From NCBI GenBank assembly GCA_964016885.1, contig OZ024743.1, positions 158,038,001 to 158,102,000 of the forward strand: 64,000 nt of DNA. The letters run 5' to 3'. Each line of letters starts with the position of its first letter. The stretch's first letter is position 1. Below, piece after piece: positions 1 through 15,005 of the stretch. The DNA comes from Eledone cirrhosa (lineage: Eukaryota). Under the pieces are notes generated by a model. The model did no database searches and was not told where the DNA came from. It saw only the letters and a program-made list of their open reading frames with translations. The position numbers were made by a program, and so were the translations under genes.

Positions 1-176
1 AAACAATATATTCTGCAGTTCTATGAATGTCAGCAGCAAATACTGTACTTGAAATAAAATATGGGTTGGCATCAGGAAAAGCATCTGGCTATAAAGAAAA
101 CTGCATTTGTTTTTGTATCATTTAACCCATGCAATCATGGAAAAATGAACATAAAAGTAATGTTATGATATATACC

Positions 177-530
177 ATCATCATCGATTAACGTCCAATT
201 CCAAGTTAAATGGGTCCCATATAGAGGCAAGTTGGGTTGGTGATCATGTCTTATTCATATAGGGATGTTTCTGGCTGGTTTTCTACGGCTGGATGCCCTT
301 CCTAACACTACCCACATTGACAGTGTGTGCTGCATGCTTTTTGCCATGTCTTTTACACGTCCATTTTACAGTGTGGGCTGGATGCTTTTTGCCGTGTCTT
401 TTACACATCCACTTTACAGTGTGGGCTGGGGGTGGGGCATACTGTACATATGCTTCAGCTTGTGCTCATGGGAAGTTGGGTCTTCTGTATTGCTGCGTAT
501 CACCTGAGATCACGGTCATATGTCATCTCC
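177..530 (-). mobile_element. RTE LINE 3' end fragment
   Basis: Reverse complement of the RTE 3'UTR (ggatgcccttcctaacac...) with a (CAT)n tail at about 177-184. Confidence 0.75.
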
Positions 531-954
531 TATATGTATGTTTCTGTACATATACATGGATGTGTGTCTGTGTGTGGATGTAGAGATATATGGATTGATA
601 CACTTGTCTATCTATATTTGTGAATGAATCTAAATAATCTTATGTTCGTATGGCTAGGTGTATGTAGGGTTGTATATACATTCCCGTGAAAACTTGTGTC
701 TGTGTATATGTATGTCTATATAGTTGTGTCTATGTGGGTGTGAGGTGTTTTTTATGTGTGTGAATTTATGGTTATGTATATGCCTATCTATGTCTGTAAA
801 TCTGAGCACACTAGACAGAAATCTTATTTATGACCTCTGGGCAGGATATTTGGATGGTCAACCAGTATCGATGCAGTTCCATCCACTATTTTTATAACTC
901 TTAAAGTGATCTCCCTATCTAACATTGTTTAGATGTATGTTATTCTTATTGTTA

Positions 955-1295
955 TGGATTGGCAGTATCGATAGAGAGTCGGACAACATTATTTGGGGCA
1001 TAGACATACGACCCTTTACGTTCTAAGATCAAATGCTTCCAAAGGTTAGGTTTTCTTTCATTCTTAACGGGTCAATAAAATAAAGTACCAGTCATGCACT
1101 GTGGTCAATTTAATCGACTTTCCCGTCCCCCAAAATTGCTGGCCATGTGCTTATATCAGAAACCATTTTTATTATTATTATTTGTTTACCCACGAGGTTG
1201 ACTTTGCCTTTCATCCTTACGGGGTCAATAAAATAAAGTACCAGTAATGCACTGGTTAATTGCTGGCCTTGTGCCTAAAGTAGAAACAATTATTT
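955..1295 (+). mobile_element. Two adjacent Nin/Deu-core tRNA-derived SINE copies
   Basis: Head ggattggcagtatcg; core ttgcctttcatccttacggggtcaataaaataaagtaccagt; tail aattgctggccttgtgcc. Confidence 0.7.
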
Positions 1296-1599
1296 GTTTA
1301 CCCACTGTTCCTAGTCTGTTATTCCCACCTCTCTTTCTTCATAACTAATTTATGCATTTTTGTATTTCTATTTCAAATTATAACAAATTATAACAAATTA
1401 TTGGAAGGATCCATGAACTCTTCAGGGGAATTATTCTTCAAAACTAAGAGGCTACATTGATCATAAAATTATATATACTGTTCCATTATTGAAGCAGCAT
1501 GTTGTCCAAAACGTGTTATTGAACTATTAAATGATCAAATCTCTCTTAATATATTAAGACTATGTATAATTTCATGGTCAATGTAGCCTCATCATTTGA

Positions 1600-2520
1600 T
1601 AGAATTAGAGAAGAAATTTCAGACATGGAGGCACAACTTGGAAATAAAAGGCCTTAAAGTCAACCTGGCAAGGACCAAAATCCTAGTGAGCAGAAAATAA
1701 AACAGGGCTCTGATCCCCTCCAAGAAATGGACTGCTCGGTATCCAGGAAAGGAGTAGGCAGAAACTTAATCCAGTGTCCTAAATGCAAACTGTAGGTACA
1801 CAAGAGATGTAGTGGGAAAACAGGCAGGCTAGCAAAAACACAGACTTCATATGTGGACGTTGCACAGGGGTAGTAAGCAAAGACCCTCAGAGAGCTAGCT
1901 CCTTTAATTGCACAGAGAATCCCATATAAATAGTTGACAGCTTCTACTACCTGGGTAACCAAATCAGCAGCAGAGGTGGATGCGCAAAAAGTACAGCTGC
2001 CAGAGTAAGAATGGGATGGAAAAAGTTCAGGGAGCTACTACTGTTGCTAGCTACAAAAGGTCTCTCACTCAAGATAAAAGGCAAGCTGTACAATGCCTGT
2101 GTGCACTCAACAATGTTACAGGGAAACACGGACACTACATGCCAAGGATCTATGGAGATTGGAAAGAAATGAAACCTGCATAATTAGATGGATGTGTAAC
2201 AGTAGTGTGCGTGAACAGCAAAGTGTAAATGAATTGACAGTGAAACTGGGCATAAGAGGGAACAATTGTTGTGTGGAGGAGAGAAGACTGCAGTGGTGAG
2301 GACATGCAATGCGCATGAAGGATGACAGCTGTATAAAAAGACTCAGGGCTGTAGAGGTTGCAGCATACCTTGAAAGAGGAAGACACAGAAAGACATGGGA
2401 TGAAATGATAAAGGCTGACCTGGCTCATCGGAACCTGCCAATGGAGGTGACACAGGACCAAGACCTCTGGCGCTACAACATAGGACAAAAGACTTGTGTC
2501 AACAACTCAGCCCTGCACCC
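1600..2520 (+). mobile_element. Degenerate RTE ORF2 3' part (RT end, PHD finger, thumb)
   Basis: Homologous to 17890-18800, with frameshifted LERNETCIIRWMCN and KTWDEMIKADL. Confidence 0.85.
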
Positions 2521-2564
2521 TGCTCATAACAGTGCCACCTAGCTTCACACAGAAAATGTGCTTG

Positions 2565-3230
2565 ATGGTAGACCACCCAGTAATATGGCTCCCTTATGAG
2601 TAAGGCTTGGCACGGCCAACTAGCCCAACTACCCTCATTGTGGGACAACCCAGCTCCCAAATTATTGTTCCGATGTGGGTGGGATACGGTGCAGCCAACT
2701 GGCCAGATCCACCCACCTCATGACGGCTATACTCAGGGCCCACTATGAGCAAAGCTTGGTGGGGCTAACTGGCTAGACCGCCCTCATAATGCGACCACCC
2801 AGATCCCAAAATACAGTAACAGTCCCATTATGAGTAAGGTACGATGTGGTCATCCGACCAGACTTGGCATGGCCAGCGGTCCCAACTTTCCTCATAGTGG
2901 GACCACCCAGATCCTAAATTATGGTTCCAATGTGAGCAAGGTATGGCACGGCCAACTGGCTAGGCCCTCCTCATAATGATGCTACCCAGGGCCCCATAAT
3001 GAGTAAGGCTTGGTGTGGCCAACTGGCCAGACCTCCCAGATCCCAAAACACAGCAACAGTCCCGATATTGTGCAAGGTATGGCGTGGCCATCTGGCTAGA
3101 CTTCTAGTAACATGGCTCCACTATGTGTAAGGCTTCATGTGGCCAACTGGCCAGACCTCCCTCATAATGGGACCACCCGGCTCACAAACTATAGTTCTGC
3201 TGTAAGCAAGGTACGGCACAGTCAACATAA
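2565..3230 (+). repeat. Minisatellite of about 9 diverged 55-105 bp units within an RTE 3'UTR
   Basis: Recurrent gaccacccag...gagtaaggcttggtgtggccaactggccagacc...ctcataatgg. Followed by the RTE 3' end (3240-3405) with a (GAT)n tail. Confidence 0.8.
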
Positions 3231-3419
3231 CGGTGCCATCTAGTAAATGTGGTTGGCATTAGGAGGGCATCCAGCTGTAAAAATTTAGTTCCATCTGAGC
3301 AAGTTATGGCATAGCCAACTGACCAGACATATCTCATGATGTGGACGACCCATTTAACCCATGCAAGCATGGAAAATGGACGTTAAATGGTGATGATGAT
3401 GATGATATATATATATGTA

Positions 3420-5421
3420 CATCTGCATGGAAGGATTGGAAAAATGGGAGGAGTAGAGACTGATACTCAGTCGCTAAAAGAGAGGCTAGACGTCAGGTAT
3501 ACATAGCATGCAGGGAAGCTGAGAGTAGGAGGTTTGCCAATGTTCTGCGACAAGAGGATGAGAGACGTGAGGTATTCCGCATTGCAAGGCAGTGTATCAG
3601 TGTAAATCAGGATGTTGTTGGAAATAAATGTGTCCGAAATGATACTGAAGCACTTAGCGTCACTGATGCTCAGAAAAAGGAGGCGTCGAAATGTCATTAT
3701 GAGAGATGATGAATGTTGAGAATGAATGGGAGAGAGAGAAACTAGACCCAACAAGCGGACCAGCTATTGAGGTTGACGACTATAGGGTCAAAGAAGGAAT
3801 TAAGGAAATGAAAAGTGGTAAGGCCGCTGGACTGTCAGGGATAGTTGCTGGGATGCTGAAGGCATCAGGAGAAGTAGGAACTAAACTGGTTGCACGCATA
3901 GTCAATCAAGTTATATATGGCAGAGTCATACCCAAACACTGGTGCAGCAGTATTCTTGTTAATTGCTACAAAGGTAAAGGGGATGCTCTGAAGAGGAGCA
4001 ATTATAGGGGCATAAAACTGATGGATCAGGTCATGAAAGTGACAGAAAGAGTGCTAGCAAAACTAATAAGTGAAAGAATCAAATTAGATGAGATCCAGTT
4101 TGGTTTTGTGACTGGGAAAAGTACAACAGATGCCCTCTTCTTAGTGAGAGAACTACAAGAGAGGTTCTTAGAGAAGAATAAGCCACTATATTTAGCTTTT
4201 GTTGACCTAGAGAAGGCTTTGATAGAGTACCCCAATCTGTCATCTGGTGGTCCCTAAGGAAACTAGGTGTAGATCAATGGCTTATGATGACAGTGCATGC
4301 TATATACGTAGGAGCTGTCAGTAAAGTGAGAGTAGGAATGGAGTTTAGTGAAGAATTCCAGATACAAGTAGGAGTACATTATTATTCATTATAGTTTTCC
4401 AAGCCATAACAGAGGAGTTTAAGACTGGCTGCTCATGGGAACTTCTCTATGCTGATGATCTGGCACTTATAGCAGAATCAGTAGAGGAGCTAGAGAATAA
4501 ATTCCGGCTGTGGAAACAGCAGTTGGAATCAAGGGGACTGAGAGTGAACCTAGCAAAGACTAAAGTGTTGATAAGTAGGGAAGAGGACAAGACTCTGATT
4601 CCATCAGGGAAATGGCCATGCTCAATATATAGAAAAGGAGTTGGCATAAACTCTATAGAATGTACACAATACAGATCTTGGATACACAAGAGGTGAAGTT
4701 GGATAGCAGGCAAACTAGCAGGAAAGGAAAACTTCATATGTAGTAGATGTTCAGGGAAAATTGATAGTAGAGGTGTCAGTGATAGGCTCATTTTTCAAAT
4801 GCAGGTAGGATCTATAGAGGTGGTGGATAGCTTCAGATATCTAGATGATCAGATTAGCAAGGGAGCAGCATGCTCCGAGGCCATAGTATCTAGAATAAGG
4901 ACAGGATGAAAGAAGTTTAGGGAGCTGCTGCCTCTGTTGACAACAAAGGGTTTCTCCCTACGGTGAAAGGTTGGTTGCATAATGTCTGTGTGAGATGCGC
5001 AATGCTGCATGGTAGTGAGAGATGGGCAGCAACTGCGGAGGATATGCGAAGGCTAGAGAGAAATGAAGCAAGCATGCTCCAATGAATGTGCAATGTCGAT
5101 GTGTGTGAACGACCAAGCATGGACGAGTTGAGAGTGAAACTGTGTATAAGAGGAATAAACTGTAGCATGCAGGAGAGAAGACTGCATTGGTATGGCCAAG
5201 TGATGTGCATAGAAGATAACCACTGGGTGAAGAAGTGCCAAGAAATCCCGGTGGAATTAAGACATAGTAGAGGAAGACCATGAAAAACATGGGCAGAGGT
5301 GGTGAGAGCGGACCTCAGATCGCTGAAGCACACAGAGGTGGAGAGATGCTGTGCTGAAGAGGACCCGTCCCACCCTTGCAAGCAAGGAAAAGTGGATGTA
5401 AAATGATGATGATGATGATGA
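3420..5421 (+). mobile_element. 5'-truncated degenerate RTE LINE (RT region to tail)
   Basis: ORF 3706-4257 (YRGIKLMDQVMK, LAFVDLEKA), YADD at about 4450, PHD remnant, (GAT)n tail at 5403-5421. Confidence 0.9.
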
Positions 5422-5959
5422 TTTATATATATTTTATATATATATATATATAGAGAGAGAGGGGGGGGGTTAAAATAAAAACAAACCAAGAGGTACAACA
5501 TTAGTCTTATTAGGTTCATATTTGAAAAAGGAAAATGGGAAGTTCAATGTATTGGGCGTTACTCCTCATTGGGAGTAGAGGAATACAAAGATATGGTTAA
5601 GAGAGTAGAAATAACACAAAGATGGAATTAATAGAAGCAAAAAAAAATAATGAGGGACATGTGTGTGTGTGTTGTATCTAATTCTAGTTTGAGTGTATGC
5701 GTATTTGTTGTTGGAATAGTGCATACATAGTTTGTGTCTGTATGTCTGGTTATATTAGCATTGTATTTGTGCATGGTAAGTCATTGTGTATCAAAAACAG
5801 TTATGAGAGAAAACAAAACAACCTACCTCCAAAAGGAGACATAACTGGAGTGAAAATACACATATAATGACCGTTATATCATCATAGTAATGAAGCAAAT
5901 ACAACACTAAGTAAGAATGCATGTGTACATACATGTGCGCGTGGTGATTATATATATAT

Positions 5960-6913
<954 letters not shown>

Positions 6914-7024
6914 GTAAATTCCCGATTGTGGTCAGCAAGGTTTGCTAAACACATATCTATACCCCCTCTGCATCACCCCATACATTGAGTACTCCCATGA
7001 TTAGTGGCCTCCTTGGTCTCAGCA

Positions 7025-7152
7025 CGACCCCGTAAGGATGAAAGGCAAAGTTAACCTCGCCGGGATTTGAACTCAAATCATAAAGGGCCGTAACTCTATG
7101 CTGCAAAGCATGGCATCAGACCCTCTACTGATACTGCCAATCCACCGCCCTT
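7025..7152 (-). mobile_element. Nin-core SINE, 5' half
   Basis: Reverse complement of the head and core (cgaccccgtaaggatgaaaggcaaagttaacctcgccgggatttgaactc). Confidence 0.75.
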
Positions 7153-8794
7153 GAATGTGTAAGAATAATGAGTGCATTTAATTATGGCACCAGCACTAAA
7201 GATTTTATGACCACCTCTTGTAAATCACCTTGATGATAAATAACAGCAAATCTTCATCAGAGTCTGTGACTTTAATGCTTATGTTAGTCAGCACCATGAT
7301 AGCTTTCCAAGAATACATGATAGCTACAGATATGGTATGAGGATTGAAGAGGGATCAAGGCTCCTGGAGTTTTATGATGCAAATGACTTAACTATTTGCA
7401 ACATTAATTTCAAGAAACCAACAGCTCACTTGATCGCCTACCAATTAAATAAATACAAAAGTCAGATAGTCTAAAAAATGGGATGGACAGATGGTTGAAC
7501 ATACCACTCAACATAGACTAGTGGTTAATGACTTCAGAATAAAACTTAGACACTCTCAGACAATCTGGAGAAGGAAGATATAGAAATTGAAAGATCTCTA
7601 TAATATAGACGACTGTGTTTCCTTCTACTGCTAACATTTATCATTCTTGCATAACATCAACCATCTCTGTTTCTATACATCACTTGCTCTCTCTTTCTCT
7701 CCTGCCATGAGACATCTATACCATTACTGCTAAAGCTGTTTTCTGTACACCCACTAGCATATAATGATCACAATCTCTTTCCCATTACTCTCTCCCCTAC
7801 CATTCAATCATTGTTTCGCGTATCATTTATATTCTCTCCTCTCTTATTATCCTAGTCATCTCTCCCCTTCTATTCACTTCTGACCAAATTTGCCATGAAA
7901 AAAATGAACACTATGTAGAATAGAGAGGACTCTTTAGTTTTGTTAGGGATAAAGTAATTTCTCTAATATTAGTGCCTAGTGCAACATTAAATGCATCCAG
8001 TACACTCTGTAAAGTTGTTGGTATTAGAAAGAGTATCCAGCCATAGAAACCATGCCAAAACTGGAACATACAAGCAAGATATGGGCCCCAAAAGCATCTA
8101 CCATGACAGTAACTCTGAATAAAAACTAACTTAGACTGTAAATACCTGACTAACCTAAGTCAAGATGAAAAGCTGACATAAATTGATGATAGTGATAGTG
8201 ATAATGATGGTGGCGGTGGTTAATTCGTAGAATTGGTCAAACATCAAACAAAATACACTAAATACTTGGTTATGTCCCTTTACAATGTGGGCTGACAAGG
8301 CCTACAGATCTGCAAGACATAAGCTTCATCATGCAAAGGAGATTTAAACTATTTCTAAACTAGAAAAAAAGCATGATGCAATTTAATTTCAAGATTGACA
8401 GTCATAAGTGACAAAGATATTTTGTTATTGATAAAAAGTGACAAAGTGTCCAAGGTAAGATTGGCAGTGAGCAGTCAAATTTAAACTTTCCAAAATGTGA
8501 AAAAAAATATGTCACGAAACATTGATTCTTGGTAATAACTGAACGTGATTGAAATAAGAAGCTTGCTTTAAGCTTCATTAAGTTCAAGGCCAAGTTTCAA
8601 AAGAAAGTAAGGCACTCATTTCGAGGCTTCTTAAACACTAATAGAACTACCACAAAGGTTCGCATCACTGACTCATTACATGTTGAGCAGATTTGTCAAC
8701 AGCAATAATGGCAAACAAAAAGAGAGTAAGCTGCAAGATGCTTCTGAAGTACAAAATATTCAAACAAAATTTTATGAAAAACGTCAGGCAAATT

Positions 8795-10830
8795 TTCAGC
8801 AACACTGTGATGGCTTTTATGGGATCCATGGAGACTTTGAGTTTGGTACAAGTAATGAGAAAGGATCAAGGCTCTTAGAATTTTGTGACACCAATGATCT
8901 GACTATCTACAACACAAAATTCAGAAAACTAGTCAGCCACCTGATCGCCTACAAATCAGGCAAGTACACTAGCCCAATAGATTTTATCCTTACCAGAAGT
9001 CAATATAAACTGATAGTAGTAAACACCAAGTCCTTCCCTGGTGAAGAATGTACCTCCCAACATAACCTAGTAGTTAGTGACTAAAGTTAGAGCTCAGAGA
9101 CAGAAGGAAACTTGGAGGAGAAGAACATGGAAGCTAAAGGAGACCGCAGCTCATAACAAATTCAGGGACACCCTGTCTGATGCTTGTAGCAGTAAGAAAG
9201 AGGCAATACAGACTTACAATATAGACAAACAGTGGGAGTTACTTAGAAATAATCTGCTGAAGGCCTCAGACAAGATATGTGAATGGAGCAAGGCTCCAAA
9301 GAGAAAGAGAGTGACATGGTGAAACAGTAAGGTGGATGAAACAATTAAGGCTAATAAACAGGCATGAAAAGACTGACAAAATGGGGGAAGCAGAGAACAG
9401 TACCAAGATGTTGGAGAGATGTGTTAGGAATCACAGTGGCATGCTTGCACTCATTGTTGCTGAAAAGGAAGTAGCATGGAAGTACCAATATGAGAGACTA
9501 TTAAATGAAGAGAATGCATGGGAGGAAGATAATCTACCTCAAAAAGACCCAACAGAAAGCCAGCCATCCAAGTTAGCAGTAATAGTGTCTTAAGTAAGGC
9601 AATTAAGGATATCAAGAGGAGTAAAGCAGCTGGACTATCAGGGTTCGGTACTGAGATGCTGAAAACAAAGTAATACAGGATGGTGCTGGCATAGCAGAAA
9701 CATCATCAACTGCTACTAGAAAAAGGGAGATGCACTAGACAATAGAAACTATAGAGGCATCAAGTTGATGGACCAGGTCATTAAAGTTACAGAAAGAGTT
9801 ATAGTACAACTGATTAGGGATCAAGTTAATCTAGATGAGATGGGAGTTTGGATTTATACCAGGTAGAGATGTCTTCTTCCTGGTGAAACAACTGCAGATG
9901 TACTTTGCTAATTATAAGCCCCTCTAACTGGCATATGCTGACCTAGAGAAAGCCTTTGACAGGGTTCCTCATTCCATAATGTGGTGAATGTGGTGAGCTC
10001 TTAGGAAACTAGGGGTAGATAAGTGGCTTGTGGAGAGTGTACAAGCCATGTGCAGAGATGCAGTCAACTGAAAAGTGAAAGTTAATAATGAGTATAATGA
10101 AGAATTAAGTAGGCAGTTGAGGGTCTACCAGGGCTCTATTCTCAGCCTCCACCTGCTCATTATAGTACACCAGGCCATAACGGAGGAGTTTAAGACTAGC
10201 TGCCCATGAGAACTCCTATATGCAGATGATCTCACACTCATAGCTGAATCGGCAGAGGAACTAGAGAAGAAATTCCAGACTTAGAAGCAAAATCTGGAAT
10301 CAAAATGCTTCAAAGTCAACTTATCCAAGACTAAAGTCCCAGTAAGTAGGAAAAATGACAGGACCCTCATTCCATATAGTGTACAAGGCTGATTGTATGA
10401 TGCCTGCATGTGAACTGTGATGCTCTATGGGCCTTCACTGCAGAGGATCTGTAATGATTAGAAAAAAATGAAGCAAGCATGCTTCGATGGATGTGTAATA
10501 GCTGCATGCATAAATGCTGAAGCATTAGTAAACTAAGAGAAAAGTTGCACACAAAAGGGATTAAATATAGTGAACAAGAGAGAAGACTATGTTGGTATGG
10601 ACATGTGATGCATATAGAGAATGACAGCTGCATAAAAAAGTGCAAAGCACTCAAAATTTGAAGAAATTGCAGAAGAGGTAGACCAAGTTTTCCTTGAGAT
10701 GAAGTGGTAAAGGCTGACCTCACAAAGCTGAACTTTATGAAGGAGATGACACAAGATTGATTCAACTGAAAAGGAAACTGTACTGGAGAAGACTTGCCTT
10801 CTCATATGAGCAGGATGAAACAAGCATGGA
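8795..10830 (+). mobile_element. Degenerate RTE LINE with internal deletions (APE to 3' ORF end)
   Basis: GIHGDFEFGTSNEKGSRLLEFCD, IDFILTR and PGEECTSQH motifs; YADD at about 10220; many stops. Confidence 0.85.
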
Positions 10831-11399
10831 AGGGGTGGTGTAACAATATTTAGGTCCTCACTCTCCTATCAAATATACCCTTTTACATCTCCCTACCTCA
10901 TTATCTAACCTCCCTCTTCCACTTAGTCATCCTCCTGACACATAATCTTCCCCTCCACCACCTTAATCTCTTTACTCAGTCACATCCCTAATTCCTCCTT
11001 TCTTGTCCAACCCACACCAGCTTGAAAAGATAGACACATTTGCTCTCCTTCCCACAGTATACTACCAGATATCATTTGTTCACCTTCTCATTCAACAGTA
11101 TGTAGGTACTCTTCTCCCTGCCAATATACTCCCTCCATCACTATCTAATGTACCAGTCTTCCACACACACACATGAGCTCCCACCTCATCCTCCTAAGTA
11201 TTTCCCTCCTCTCTGATCCTCAGTTCCTAGTTCACACATGCTAGAAATGGATCACCAGACATCACTCTTAAAGCCACTTTTCTTTCTCACTCCCTCCCTC
11301 AGCAATCAACATGTAGCCCCATGCTCTTGACCTGGCATCATATCTGACTTAATTAAATCATCTTTACATCCTACTTCAAAATGACATTTGGTAACAAAC

Positions 11400-12300
11400 T
11401 CTGATGAATAAATTGTTGGCTTCACCACATCTAACTGAGCCTGAAAAGAGGATTTGAAGAGGCCCATGAGACAAGGATAGAGTTCTACTTTTGCAGCCTA
11501 AAGACAAAATGACAAAAGCATTCACATGGAGAATAGCTGACAGTTGCTGCACCCAACTATTCCACCTCATGGGGCTTCTTCATCTGTCAGGATGCACTCC
11601 TCCAGATTTTGCAAAGGAAAATGGCAGTTTAGGGACCAAGGGCACCAGATGGTAACCAGCACGAAAAGGAAACAGTCAATCAAGCTATGTTATTTGATTA
11701 TCTTCCACACCTCCATAGGTTAGAGTGCCTGTGTTTGTAGCTAAAACAATAAGGTTTGAACTGGAGAACATGTCACATCATTTGGAAAGGTAGGTCTAGC
11801 AGGCTCTAGTTGTGATGGGAAATCAGCCATATCAAGGCTCATTCTGATGACATCATTAACAGTGGCATGCCAAGGCAACTAGCCTGCACTGTGGTAACAA
11901 AAGAGTGGATGTAGTCTGAGCTTGTTAACCATGACTCCATAGTGGCATTTGTGTGGGTCACATATGTGAAGGCCAAAGCAAAGTCACTCCGATAAGGATA
12001 CTGGTTGGTGGACAACACCCTGAATTGATCCACACACCACTATTTAGCTGTGGGGCAGACCAGAGGCAAGTGAGATGGTATTGGTCCAAGGAAGATTCAA
12101 TCCTCATACAGGTTGAACTGCATATGATGTCATTCCAGTTGTGTTGGTATCCTGCATACGAACAAGGGCAGCAACGCGACTGTGAAGCTAGACACCTAGA
12201 GCTGACTCAAGTTGCCAGTCCCCATTGGGTTTCAATGTTTTGTAGATAACCTCATTGTAGAGAACCGGGTCAAGGCCATGAAGCTCACAAAGTTTTACCA
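11400..12300 (+). mobile_element. Possible highly decayed Ty3/Gypsy gag-protease remnant
   Basis: Only scattered hints (C-x-x-x-WQF knuckle-like, LLVD-like, ARHL-like). No intact motif. Confidence 0.25.
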
Positions 12301-12696
12301 GCCACCAGCTGGTGATGTCGAAAATTAAATTGCAAGTTTAGTTAGGATCAAGTTCGTGAGGATTCCCGAATGAAGACAAGGCACATGGACAATATCCTGT
12401 TTGTAGCCAAAGCAGTTAAAACACATGTGGTGTTGTGTAGACAGAGTTTTTAAAATGTAAGGTAGGATGTTGTGTAACCAGAACAGTTAAAATATATGAT
12501 AAAGAGTTGCGCAGCAAAAACAAAGTCAAAAATATGGTGTCCAAGTATACCTAAGAAATAAATGTAGAGTAACCTACTAAAATGCATATCTACATTAAAG
12601 AAGAAAGAAGAAAGAATAAAATGAACGGATAGCATATGAAGAAAAATTATATAATACATAAGGAATAATAATATTGACATTTTATTTCAATATATA

Positions 12697-14118
12697 TCAT
12701 CATCATCATCATCATTTTACATCCGCTTTTCCCTGCTTGCAAGGGTGGGACGGGAACTGATTCTGGCTTGATTCTACAGCTGGATGCCCTTCCTAACACC
12801 AACCTCATTTACAGTGACTGCTGGGTGCTTTTTTTTGTGGTGCCTACACGTCCACTTTACAGTGTGGGCTGGGTGCTTTTTTGCTGTGGCACCTCCACAA
12901 CCACTTTGCAGTGGGAGGGTGTGGGGGCATATTGTCTATATGCTTTAGCTTCGGCTTGTACCCATGGGGGGGGGGGTCTTCTGTATTACTGCATGACGCC
13001 AGAGGTCACGGTCGTATGTCATCGCCTTTGAGAGGTGTAATTGGGTAAGGTCGGCTTTTATCACCTCATCCCAGGTCTTCTTGGGTCTCCCCACTCCACG
13101 GCTTCCATCGACTTCTAGTGCTCTGCACCTTTTTATACAGCTGTCATCCTTCATATGCATCACATGTCCATACCAAGGCAACCGCCTCTCCTGCACACAG
13201 CATTTGATTCCTCTTATGCTCAGTCTCTCTCTCTCAATTCATTTATGCTTTGCCGTTCGCGCATATTACTATTACACATCCATCGGAGCATGCAGGCTTC
13301 ATTTCTTTCTAATCTACCATGTTAACATTGCTGTTCGTATACACACATCACACAGTCTGCCTTTCATTTTCAGGGAAAAGCCTTTTGCAGCTAGCAGTGG
13401 CAGTAGCAGTAGCTCCCTGAACTTCTTCCATCCCGTTCTTACCCTAGTTATTGTACTTTCCGAACACCCACCTCCGCTGCTAATTCGATCACCTAGGTAA
13501 CAGAAGCTGTCTACTGTTTCTACAGAGCCCTCCCAGAGTTTGGTGGTTCTTGTTTCCTGTGGCTGTTTGCTGCTTGCTGTCCCAGTACAGCTGTTACATG
13601 TGAAGCCTACATTCTTAGTTAAGCTTCCTGAGATACCGCTACATTTCTTGTGTACCCATTGTTTGCATTTGGGGCAGAGAATGGAGTTCCTACCTACACC
13701 TTTCCTACATACTGAGCAAAGCCATTTCCCTGAGGGGATCTGGGTTCTGTTTTCTCATCTACTTACAAGGACCTTAGTCTTTGTCAGGTTGACTTTGAGA
13801 CCCTTTCTTTCTAGTCCCTGCTTCTAAGTTTGGAATTTCTAGTTCTACCATAGATTCAGCTATAAGTGCGAGGTCATCTGCATACATGAGTTCCCATGGG
13901 CATCCGGTCTTAAACTCCTCCGTTATTGCCTGCAGGACTATGATGAACAGGAGAGGGCTAAGAACAGAGCCTGGTGGACACCGACCTGTACGCTAAATTC
14001 CTCGCTATAGTCATAGCTAATCCTAACTTTGCTGACTGCTCCCCCACACATGGCCTGCACAGCCCTCACAAGCCATTCATCCACTCCCAGCTTTCCAAGA
14101 GCCCACCAGACCACAGTA
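12697..14118 (-). mobile_element. 5'-truncated RTE LINE
   Basis: Reverse reading gives [27 protein letters not shown] finger and GRPKKTW; (CAT)n tail at 12697. Confidence 0.9.
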
Positions 14119-14138
14119 CGTATATATATATATATATA

Positions 14139-14177
<39 letters not shown>

Positions 14178-14246
14178 GTACATATATATATATGTACATA
14201 TATATATATATATATGTACATATATATATATATGTACATATATATA

Positions 14247-14593
14247 TCATCATCATTATCATCATTTCATTTTACGTCCGCTTTTTCCCTGCTTGCAAGG
14301 GTGGGACGGGAACTGATGCTGGCTTGATTTCTACAGCTGGATGCCCTTCCTAACACCAACCTCATTTACAGTGAGTGCTGGGTGCTTTTTTGCTGTGGCA
14401 CCTCCACGACCACTTTGCAGTGGAATGATATGGACCTCAGTCCCTATCATCTCATTTCTACAGCTGAGTAAACTGAAGCAATGTGAAATAAAGTTTCTTG
14501 CTCAAGGAAACAACACATCACCCGGTCTGAGAATTGAACTCACAATCTTTCGATTGCAAGGCCAATTCTCTAACCACTAAGCCATGTGCCTCC
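14247..14593 (-). mobile_element. tRNA-head CORE-type SINE with RTE-derived 3' tail
   Basis: Head ggaggcacatggcttagtggttagag (A box), gagttcaattct (B box), core ccttgagcaagaaacttt, tail matching the RTE 3'UTR. Sibling copies at 22281-22583 and 58210-58543. Confidence 0.8.
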
Positions 14594-14745
14594 ACATATG
14601 TACATATATATATATATATGTAGGAGGTGAGTTTTATTGTAGTACAATAAAGCAATGCAGATATCGGATAAGAAGCACTCTACAGTTTGTAGGACTGGAG
14701 TATACATAATATATAAGATCAAAAGATGGTTAAAAGAGTTCCATG

Positions 14746-14816
14746 TATTTTATTATGCGCATTTCAAAAACAAATATCATCATGCAATAATATTTGTGTT
14801 TTCATCAGATAAAATA
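14746..14816 (-). ncRNA. Type I hammerhead ribozyme (mirror copy, same sense as OS9 pre-mRNA)
   Basis: Same fold as 14935-15005, with palindromic helix III GAAAUGCGCAUA. Confidence 0.75.
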
Positions 14817-14934
14817 GGAAGACATGATATGAAGGTTAAAAAACACTTGTGAATAGTACAGTTTTAAATCAACATATGTTGATTTAAAATTGCACTATTC
14901 ACAAGTGTTTTTTAACCTTCGTATCATGTCTTCC

Positions 14935-15005
14935 TATTTTATCTGATGAAAACACAAATATTATTGCATGATGATATTTGTTTTTGAAATGTGCATAATA
15001 AAATA
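14935..15005 (+). ncRNA. Type I hammerhead ribozyme
   Basis: Helix I UAUUUUAU/AUAAAAUA; core CUGAUGA (14943-14949); long helix II (CAAAUAU/AUAUUUG); GAAA; helix III AUG-UG-CAU; predicted cleavage after A14997. Confidence 0.75.

Noticed and set aside
2565-3230. Regularly spaced repeats resembling a CRISPR array
   Set aside because: Eukaryotic context, diverged repeats, related spacers, no cas genes, and the unit derives from the RTE 3'UTR.
5545-5580. Possible hammerhead remnant (minus: ccaatga-ggag taac gccc-aata); a similar case lies at about 19945-19980
   Set aside because: Both core boxes are mutated, too degenerate to call.
8330-8790. Possible Tc1-like transposase remnant or host exon
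   Set aside because: No convincing motif, TIR or splice-bounded reading frame.
14530-14593. tRNA-like A and B boxes, also at 58210-58280
   Set aside because: These are SINE heads, with no complete cloverleaf.
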